Assembly (NCBI GenBank): GCA_965219535.1
Contig: CBDCNV010000002.1
Location: forward strand, 120,001 to 152,000
Direction of reading: 5' to 3'
Origin: Opitutales bacterium
GTDB taxonomy: Bacteria; Verrucomicrobiota; Verrucomicrobiia; Opitutales; PNEW01
Length of the DNA: 32,000 bases
In this document: piece after piece, positions 25,636 through 32,000 of the stretch
Layout: every line of letters starts with the position of its first letter
Position numbering within the stretch: the stretch's first letter is position 1
Position numbers and translations under genes: made by a program
The notes under the pieces: generated by a model
Seen by the model: only the letters and a program-made list of their open reading frames with translations
Told to the model about the DNA's origin: nothing
Database searches by the model: none

Positions 25636-26289
25636 TTACGGAATCCTCAAATCACGTATGCGATTCATAATCCGATTGGAAGCTTCGGCATAACGCACCT
25701 TGGAGGGGCCTTGGGGATCGTAATCAGAAGGCAACATCGGTTTATCATATACGACGTGAAGTCGTCCCTTAATACGAGGTAACTTATGATGGCGACTTAA
25801 TGCTTCATAACTACCGAAAATGCGAGTCGGAACAACGATCGCTTGAGATCGACAAGCCAGGAGACCTATACCTGATTTAGCCTCTTGTAATTTTCCATCG
25901 CGAGAACGTGTTCCTTCAGGAAATATTAACATGCCATGCCCACGACCTAGAATAGAGAGGACCTGCTTAAAAGCGACAATATCAGATGGACCATCACGAT
26001 CAACCGGGATTATGTTCAAACGGGCTAGAAACCAGGCGCCAAACCAAAACCGAAAGAGTGTTTTACGTGCAAAATAGTAGATTGGTCTGGTGAGGGCATA
26101 ACCAACCAGTGAGGGATCGAGAAAACTTGCATGGTTCGTCGCTAGGATAAACGCGCCATTTTCAGGGATATTTTCCAGTCCAGTCAGTTTTACTCTGTAT
26201 AGTCCCCGATATAGCATCCAGGATAAAACCCGGGCCAGTTTGTAGACAAAAGTTTCTTTTTCCATGAAGTTATATATTACGACCTTCAA
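25636..26289 (-). CDS. plsC: 1-acyl-sn-glycerol-3-phosphate acyltransferase
   Basis: 217-aa ORF with acyltransferase block I NHASFLDP (HX4D) and block III FPEGTRS. The tracked start overlaps cmk by 20 nt. The internal ATG at 26265 (MEKETF...) is an alternative start. Confidence 0.85.
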   Translation of the reverse strand: MKVVIYNFMEKETFVYKLARVLSWMLYRGLYRVKLTGLENIPENGAFILATNHASFLDPSLVGYALTRPIYYFARKTLFRFWFGAWFLARLNIIPVDRDGPSDIVAFKQVLSILGRGHGMLIFPEGTRSRDGKLQEAKSGIGLLACRSQAIVVPTRIFGSYEALSRHHKLPRIKGRLHVVYDKPMLPSDYDPQGPSKVRYAEASNRIMNRIRDLRIP

Positions 26290-26938
26290 TAATCGCGCTT
26301 ATTTTTTCAATGACCGCATCGAGTGTCAGTCGTGATGTATCAATCTTTACCGCTCCTTGTGGACACGTAAGTGGGGCTGTATGTCGTGTAGAGTCTAATC
26401 GGTCACGCTGTTCAATGGAATCTTCATGACCTTCGAGGGCGCGGCGCTCGATACGTGTATTTGGATCTGCGATCAAGAAAAACTTATAGTCGGCATGGGG
26501 AAAAATAATTGAACCTATATCTCTTCCTTCCATGATCAATCCATCAAAGTTTTGCTTGCGCGCTACCGAGGCGAGATTGCGTTGATAAGTTAAAAGAAAT
26601 TTACGTACACCGGGCATGGCGGCGAAGCGGGATACCTGATCATTCACTTTCTGGCTACGCAGATCACTCTCTTTAGGATGATTTGAATTGAGGTAAACGA
26701 GCGCCCTTTGATCCATAATTTTGGTCTCGAATGGTATTTCTTTGAGGCATCTAACGACAGCCTCTGGGTCTTCCGGATTTATTCCCTTTGTGATCATGAG
26801 ATAGGTTACTGCCCGGTAATGCGACCCTGTATCGACATATAAATAATTAAAACGTTTGGCTATTGCTCTGGCGGTTGAAGATTTTCCGGATGCTGCGCCT
26901 CCGTCGATCGCGATCAGAGTGAATTTTTTTCTGGGCAT
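26270..26938 (-). CDS. cmk: Cytidylate kinase
   Basis: 222-aa ORF with the P-loop IAIDGGAASGKSSTARAIA followed by YVDTGSHYRA and GRDIGS, which is the canonical Cmk pattern. Confidence 0.92.
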   Translation of the reverse strand: MPRKKFTLIAIDGGAASGKSSTARAIAKRFNYLYVDTGSHYRAVTYLMITKGINPEDPEAVVRCLKEIPFETKIMDQRALVYLNSNHPKESDLRSQKVNDQVSRFAAMPGVRKFLLTYQRNLASVARKQNFDGLIMEGRDIGSIIFPHADYKFFLIADPNTRIERRALEGHEDSIEQRDRLDSTRHTAPLTCPQGAVKIDTSRLTLDAVIEKISAIIEGRNI

Positions 26939-26975
26939 AATAAATAGGGAGTAAAATCTATCCCCACGTAGCGTC

Positions 26976-28349
26976 TTATTGCAAAGAGTCTATGCGTAGT
27001 TTTTCAAGAACATCGAAAAAGTGAGGAAATGTTTTTGCACAACAATAAGGATCTTTTATGCGTAGCCATGATTTACCTGATCCGAGCAAATCTGCGCATC
27101 CGAGAATAGCGAAGCTCATGGCGATGCGATGGTCTTTGTAGGTTTCGATCGTCACTCCCTCGCGTGCTTTTTCAATTAAGGAATTACGATTGGGATGTAT
27201 TTCCAATGTATCGGAGTCATCGATTACTTTCTGGCCTAGCTTACGCAGTTCGGCTGCCATTGCGGCGATGCGATCTGTCTCTTGATGACGAGTATGCCCA
27301 ATGCCGGTAATACGGGTTTTACCTTCCAGAAGCGGTGCAATAGCCGCAAGGGTAAGGAAGGTATCAGAAAATTCATTAAAATTCTGCTCAATTCCCTTAT
27401 TTGAAGAGCCAGGTTGAAAACTTATGTCACCACTCGACGTATGGGATATCAAATTTGCGTTCTCCAATGCATCAATAAATCGTGTGTCCCCCTGCAGGAA
27501 TAATTGTGAAATCAATGAGCCCTTCGAATTATCATCACAATTAAATCCTTTAATTTTTACTTCGCCCTCTGTGAGCAGGGGCAACACAATGAAATAGCTC
27601 GCTGCCGTCGTATCCGGTTCGACATCATAATGTCCTTTGCCATAATGGTAATTTGCCTGCGCCTTTATTCTCGTTTCCTGGTAATCGTTATCGCTTGATA
27701 TGCTCTGCCCCCAGTGATTCATCATCCTGTCGGTTAGATAAACATAAGGTCTCCTGACACTGGTAGCTTTGGTTTCAATCGTCGTATCATTAAGAGCAAA
27801 GGGCGCAACCATAAGAAGTGCAGAGAGGAATTGACTGCTTGCGCTGGCGTCGACTTCGATTCGCCCACCTTTTAAACGGTGAGTCTTAAGCTTAAAGGGG
27901 AAATAGCCATGGTTACATTCAAATTCAACTTCCACGCCCTGGGATACGAGGGCATTGATTAAATCCTCCATCGGCCGTATTTTCATCTCATCGTCGCTGT
28001 CTAAATAATAACTTCCCTTTTCTTTAAGACAGATTAATGCGGTGAGAAATCGCGCTGCAGTACCTGCATTACCTACATGGAGTCTTGTTTCTCCACAGGG
28101 AATGTCACCGTTAAGTCCGACAATATTTATCTCATTTGAATTCTCGTCTGCTGTAATATTAAATCCCAGTTTCCGTAATGCCGTGAGCATGATTAATGTG
28201 TCATCACTGAATAACGCATTGCGTAGCGTCACTGCGCCATCGCTGAGAGCAGCTAAAATAAGAGCGCGGTTGGTAATACTCTTAGAACCGGGCAACGTAA
28301 CCGATCCCGCCGCAGGTCGAGTAAACGGTTCTATAGGTAACTCAATCAT
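26976..28349 (-). CDS. aroA: 3-phosphoshikimate 1-carboxyvinyltransferase (EPSP synthase)
   Basis: 457-aa ORF with LPGSKSITNRALILAAL, GNAGTAARFL and DHRIAMSFAILG motifs. Confidence 0.93.
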   Translation of the reverse strand: MIELPIEPFTRPAAGSVTLPGSKSITNRALILAALSDGAVTLRNALFSDDTLIMLTALRKLGFNITADENSNEINIVGLNGDIPCGETRLHVGNAGTAARFLTALICLKEKGSYYLDSDDEMKIRPMEDLINALVSQGVEVEFECNHGYFPFKLKTHRLKGGRIEVDASASSQFLSALLMVAPFALNDTTIETKATSVRRPYVYLTDRMMNHWGQSISSDNDYQETRIKAQANYHYGKGHYDVEPDTTAASYFIVLPLLTEGEVKIKGFNCDDNSKGSLISQLFLQGDTRFIDALENANLISHTSSGDISFQPGSSNKGIEQNFNEFSDTFLTLAAIAPLLEGKTRITGIGHTRHQETDRIAAMAAELRKLGQKVIDDSDTLEIHPNRNSLIEKAREGVTIETYKDHRIAMSFAILGCADLLGSGKSWLRIKDPYCCAKTFPHFFDVLEKLRIDSLQ

Positions 28350-28439
28350 AATTGCGGTACTGATATGTAATTAGCGTGGGACGCATTATTACAAAGATTT
28401 TATTAATTAAATATCAGTGGGATTTCTGCTGATCAATTT

Positions 28440-29315
28440 TTATTCTTTATTGTCAGAATTGACATTGGAGAGACGAAGCCGGTCGCGATATTTTTTACCC
28501 CTCTCGAGTAGATTAATGACTTCGAAATACTGATCATTAGCGATCGCAGTTTTCATGACATGCAATTCCTCATCAAAATCATTTATTGCACGTATTATCT
28601 CATCGCGGTTTTGCTCGATGATCGATTTCCAGAGATTTGGATCGCCAGAGGCGATGCGGGTGGTATCTCGCAATCCAGTGCCTGCTAAACTACGCCAAGT
28701 ATGATCCTTAGATGCCAGGTAACTGCACAATATAGAAGCAAGAATATGCGGGAGATGACTGATATTAGCTACGATTTCGTCATGTTTTTCCGGTGACACG
28801 GTCGCGACTTCCATCTCGAGTTCTTTCCAGAAATTTACGACTTTATCCAACGCTTGAGCGTCGGAATCCACGAGAGGCGTGACAAAGCAGGGTTTATGCA
28901 CAAATAGGTCAGCCCTGGCATGAGCCATCCCTGTCTTTTCAGAACCGGCCATGGGATGAGAGCCGATGAATGTATTACTCGAGGAAATGACCGCACTGCA
29001 GAAGCGGCAAATGAGACTTTTCGTGCTCCCGACATCAGTTACAATCGCACCTTTTTTTAGATCACCAGTGATCTTGCTTACGAGAGGGTAGATCGATTCT
29101 ACTGGACTGCAAACGAGGATGAAATCAGAACCCGCAACTGCCTGCCCGGGGTGTTCAAATACCTTGTCACACCATGGCTGATGAGAACACGCCACGCGGG
29201 TCTCAGCGCGGCGCGACCACACGGTAATACGACGTGCCAGTAATTTTTCCTTCGAAGCCATGGCGACCGATGCGCCGATGAGTCCGGGAGCTAATATGGT
29301 TATTTGTTCGAACAC
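28440..29315 (-). CDS. tyrA: Prephenate/arogenate dehydrogenase
   Basis: 291-aa ORF with an N-terminal Rossmann motif ILAPGLIGASVAMA, plus DVGSTK and GSHPMAGSEKTG. It lies upstream of aroA and cmk, as in many genomes. Confidence 0.85.
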   Translation of the reverse strand: MFEQITILAPGLIGASVAMASKEKLLARRITVWSRRAETRVACSHQPWCDKVFEHPGQAVAGSDFILVCSPVESIYPLVSKITGDLKKGAIVTDVGSTKSLICRFCSAVISSSNTFIGSHPMAGSEKTGMAHARADLFVHKPCFVTPLVDSDAQALDKVVNFWKELEMEVATVSPEKHDEIVANISHLPHILASILCSYLASKDHTWRSLAGTGLRDTTRIASGDPNLWKSIIEQNRDEIIRAINDFDEELHVMKTAIANDQYFEVINLLERGKKYRDRLRLSNVNSDNKE

Positions 29316-29558
29316 AATATTAGTTGAATATTTATTGAATCGTTTGTTGTCTTGATATTAACTTTAATTTTCGTAATTTAAATCAATATCCTACTTTAAG
29401 GTATTATTGAATATTATTTTAATTATTTATTTAATCGGGTAAACGATTGAGCGAACACATTATTTCAGCATTTATTATTTATTGAGGTAAATAAAAGCTG
29501 AAGAGTTAAACTGTTTAAAGATGAACCGGGTTTCTCCTATTATTTTCTTCAACAATTA

Positions 29559-29678
29559 ATGTCACGGTCGCCTAAGGAAAAGGAACAAGAGCGGACTCGC
29601 TGGCATCTCCGCATCCTTTATTTCCTGATTTTACTGGGAATGCTTTTACCACTAATACTTTATATGATAAAATATTAA
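29559..29678 (+). CDS. Candidate small membrane protein (39 aa: MSRSPKEKEQERTRWHLRILYFLILLGMLLPLILYMIKY)
   Basis: An unlisted short ORF in a 469-bp AT-rich intergenic region. It has a charged N-terminus followed by a single hydrophobic helix, and its 5' half is a local GC-rich patch within otherwise very AT-rich DNA. There is no clear Shine-Dalgarno and no homology evidence. Confidence 0.25.
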   Translation: MSRSPKEKEQERTRWHLRILYFLILLGMLLPLILYMIKY

Positions 29679-29784
29679 TTTTTATTGAATTCTGTTCCCG
29701 CCGCCTAACATTAGTCGTAAACCAACAATTGACAAAAAATGACGTATTTCATTTTATTAATGCTTCAGGTTTACAATTATATCG

Positions 29785-30798
29785 ATGTATAAAACGATCG
29801 TCATCTTACGCATTTTCTTTTTCCTCATATGCGTTACTGGAAGTTACCTTGTTTGTTACTCCATACCGGACTGGGATCAGTATAGGACGCTCGCAGTTTT
29901 CATCGGAGCAAGCATTGGTGTTTTGGTCATTCTCATTGATGTTTTCTTAAAAGGATTTTCTCTTCGCGGTTTGACTGCCCTGACTTTCGGGCTATTTGTC
30001 GGCTGGTTATTCGCGATATTCATCTCAAACTCACCTCTCTTCGAAAATGGAGATCCGCAGATACTTTTCTTAGTTCGTCTCGCGCTTTTTGTTATATTGA
30101 TGTATCTAGGGTCGGTGATTGCCCTGCGTGGTCGCGATGAATTTAATCTGGTCATTCCCTATGTTAGATTCGAGCCACATGGAGTGGATGTGCCACTTGT
30201 TGTATTAGATACCAGTATCCTTATCGATGCGCGTATTATCGGTATCTGCGAAAGCAAATTTATGGGTTATGCGCTAGTTATTCCGCGCTTTGTCCTCGAT
30301 GAGTTGCAACGCATTGCTGACTCATCGGACATTCAGCGCCAAACAAAAGGTCGTAAAGGGCTGGAAGTGCTAAATCAATTGAGAAAAATGGAACATCTTG
30401 ACCTGCGTATTCATGAGAGCGATGTGAGTAACCGACAGAATGTCGATGCAAAGCTCGTTTTTCTCGCCCAGTCGATGAATGCTAAAATCATGACAACCGA
30501 TTTCAATCTCGCTCAAATGGCGGAATTTCACACCATAGATTGGCTAAACATTAACGCCCTGGCAAAAGCTCTCAATCCCGATTTTAATATTGGGGAAATC
30601 TTCGATGTAGAGCTCGTCAAAGAGGGCAAAGAGCCCGGACAGGCCGTCGGATTCTTAAATGACGGCTCTATGGTTGTTGTTAATGATGGGATTGATCTCA
30701 TCGGGCAGGCGGTTCGTATTGAAGTTCAAAGTATCTTGCCCTCGGCAGGGGGGAAGATGGTTTTTGCCAAGGCTTTGGGGCCAGTTGAAACGGTATAA
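29785..30798 (+). CDS. Membrane-anchored PIN/TRAM domain protein (YacL-like)
   Basis: 337-aa ORF with about four N-terminal hydrophobic segments. The PIN-like core includes LVVLDTSILIDARI and KIMTTDFNL. The C-terminal TRAM-like beta region is GEIFDVELVKEG...GQAVGFLNDGSMVVVNDG...GQAVRIEVQSILPSAGGKMVFAK. Confidence 0.8.
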   Translation: MYKTIVILRIFFFLICVTGSYLVCYSIPDWDQYRTLAVFIGASIGVLVILIDVFLKGFSLRGLTALTFGLFVGWLFAIFISNSPLFENGDPQILFLVRLALFVILMYLGSVIALRGRDEFNLVIPYVRFEPHGVDVPLVVLDTSILIDARIIGICESKFMGYALVIPRFVLDELQRIADSSDIQRQTKGRKGLEVLNQLRKMEHLDLRIHESDVSNRQNVDAKLVFLAQSMNAKIMTTDFNLAQMAEFHTIDWLNINALAKALNPDFNIGEIFDVELVKEGKEPGQAVGFLNDGSMVVVNDGIDLIGQAVRIEVQSILPSAGGKMVFAKALGPVETV

Positions 30799-31000
30799 TT
30801 TATCTGTTACCCTTTAACCTTAAATGGGTTATAACGTGGATGTGACAGTGATATACGGTATTTATGTCGAGGTGTAAGGTCAGTTGTAATCTGGATCACT
30901 ATTTAATAGTCGAAAAAATGACTTGGCAAGTAACCCTATTCTACTCTATTGTATTTATCCCTAGTTTTGAGAATGTGATAGGGAGTTAACTAAAAATAAA

Positions 31001-31372
31001 ATGGAGAATATAATGATTAATAAAACAACTAATAAGGGATTTACCCTTGTAGAAATTATGATTGTGGTCGTGATCATCGGGCTGTTAGCAGCGATGGCGA
31101 TACCGGCCTTCAATAAAGTCCGGCAGACCTCGCAGGACAAAACGATTACGAATAACTTAAGACAGGTAGCATCAGCAGCTGACCAGTACTTCATTGAAGA
31201 GGGGATGACCCAAGCGGTGTCGTCCGATATCATAGGTACAGCACTGTATGTGAAGGCGATGCCCCAGGCAGTGGCCGGCGAAGCCTACTCAACCTTATTC
31301 CCGATCACAGCTGGGTTTACCCAACTATCGGTTAGCAAGGCTGACACTACTGTAGTTACCTTCGCTCAATAA
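31001..31372 (+). CDS. Prepilin-type N-terminal cleavage/methylation domain protein, copy B
   Basis: 368/372 nt are identical to 9215-9586. The differences are at 31225, 31234, 31252 and 31288, all at third codon positions and all synonymous, so the protein is identical. The probable true start is ATG 31013, behind GGAGA at 31003-31007. Confidence 0.88.
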   Translation: MENIMINKTTNKGFTLVEIMIVVVIIGLLAAMAIPAFNKVRQTSQDKTITNNLRQVASAADQYFIEEGMTQAVSSDIIGTALYVKAMPQAVAGEAYSTLFPITAGFTQLSVSKADTTVVTFAQ

Positions 31373-31393
31373 GTTGATTTAAATTTTAACAAA

Positions 31394-31429
31394 AGCCACC
31401 TCGTATTTTTATGAGGTGGCTTTTTTTTT
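31394..31429 (+). terminator. Rho-independent terminator after pilin copy B
   Basis: A 12-bp stem pairs agccacctcgta with tatgaggtggct (31394-31421, with one G-U pair) around a tttt loop, followed by a T9 run. It is homologous to the copy A terminator, with a compensatory G:C to A:T change in the stem. Confidence 0.85.
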
Positions 31430-31431
31430 AG

Positions 31432-32000
31432 ATGGTCAGGCCAGCATTTCTAAAGTTAGCGATCCTCAGTCTTACTTCCATCATTACCCTGTTCGTCTCT
31501 TTTGTCCTCATAAGCCACGAACAGGTGACATGGTGGACTAAGAATGGGGGATATTGGATGGTTTTTGCTACCACTGCAGCTTTTGGCTGGTTCTTTATTC
31601 AAATAGTGAGAAAAGAATGGCGAGACGACTTTTCTTTTAGCCGTCATCGGTGGGGAGTGATAACAATAATAATCTGTTCAGTATTTTTACACCTGCATGA
31701 ACCGCATCGATTTAAGATACTCTTTGATGAATATGTCCTATTATCAAATTCGTTGAGAATGCACAGCCACCGTGAAGTCTTTGTAACCGGTAGGGCTCAC
31801 TATATAAATTCCCATCTACAATTACAACAGGGGTTTGTTGATAAGAGACCCTATTTTTTCTCTTTCGTACTTTCAATGGTCCATGATCTTAGTGGATATC
31901 GACCGGCTAATGCCTTTATTTTGAATGGGATTTTTACGGTAATTTTAACCACGCTTATGTATGCGTTGTGTTGGCAGATTGGAGGTGTTCGTTATGGTTG
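31432..32000 (+). CDS. N-terminal part of a polytopic GT-C-fold glycosyltransferase (ArnT/PMT-like), running off the window
   Basis: ATG at 31432, open to the window end (189 codons), and not in the ORF track. The translation is MVRPAFLKLAILSLTSIITLFVSFVLIS...WGVITIIICSVFLHLHEPHRFKILFDEYVLLSNSLRM...GFVDKRPYFFSFVLSMV...ILNGIFTVILTTLMYALCW. The loop DE motif after a TM helix and the later F.DKRP segment mirror PDETRYAEISREM and YFEKP of ArnT-type enzymes, as I recall them. Confidence 0.55.
   Translation, partial: MVRPAFLKLAILSLTSIITLFVSFVLISHEQVTWWTKNGGYWMVFATTAAFGWFFIQIVRKEWRDDFSFSRHRWGVITIIICSVFLHLHEPHRFKILFDEYVLLSNSLRMHSHREVFVTGRAHYINSHLQLQQGFVDKRPYFFSFVLSMVHDLSGYRPANAFILNGIFTVILTTLMYALCWQIGGVRYG

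Noticed and set aside
29316-29784. The long AT-rich gap with repeated 9-mers could be a replication origin.
   Set aside because: There are no DnaA-box-like words (TTATCCACA/TGTGGATAA) and no dnaA or dnaN nearby. The repeated word TTATTGAAT does not resemble a DnaA box.
30923-30940. TTGGCAAGTAACCC upstream of pilin copy B could be a sigma-54 (-24/-12) promoter, as is common for pilin genes.
   Set aside because: The GG is present, but the required GC is not at the correct 10-nt spacing (TGGCAC-N5-TTGC is not satisfied). Copy A has nothing comparable.

Overview
This window is mostly a core-genome segment of a diderm bacterium of moderate to low GC. By inference only, the short prepilin-type proteins and gene content fit Verrucomicrobiota or another PVC lineage. 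No database search was possible, so every family name below comes from reading the translations.

Gene content, left to right:
- A glycan cluster: the tail of a GT41-like gene, a GT2 and a GT9.
- A minus-strand molybdenum-hydroxylase operon (FAD, 2Fe-2S and Mo subunits) followed after 3 nt by a CysO/MoaD-like GG-terminal sulfur carrier.
- A sodium:solute symporter.
- A short type IV pilin-like gene and a secreted protein built from roughly 38-residue repeats.
- A tandem 174-bp repeat that abuts tRNA-Arg(CCT).
- A PAS histidine kinase with an atypical receiver domain.
- A long housekeeping run on the plus strand: rplY, pth, rpsF, ssb, rplI, dnaB, bamA, skp-like, lpxD, prs, degP-like.
- A housekeeping run on the minus strand: pyrE, thrH, plsC, cmk, aroA, tyrA.
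- A PIN/TRAM membrane protein, a second near-identical copy of the pilin gene, and the start of a GT-C-type membrane glycosyltransferase.

I see no CRISPR array, transposase, integrase, toxin-antitoxin pair or recognisable defence system.

The observations that seem worth a second look:
1. Two direct pilin copies lie 21,786 bp apart and differ at only four sites, all synonymous. Their flanks have diverged, and their terminator stems show a compensatory change.
2. In both copies a downstream ORF starts immediately after the terminator.
3. The PxDVY-type repeat protein next to copy A has no function I can assign.
4. The repeat at the tRNA 3' flank alternates a conserved module with unrelated spacers.
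5. A small family of GC-rich palindromic intergenic elements is present, and one copy carries a cleanly delimited nested insertion.
6. A sulfur-carrier gene is coupled to the Mo-hydroxylase operon.
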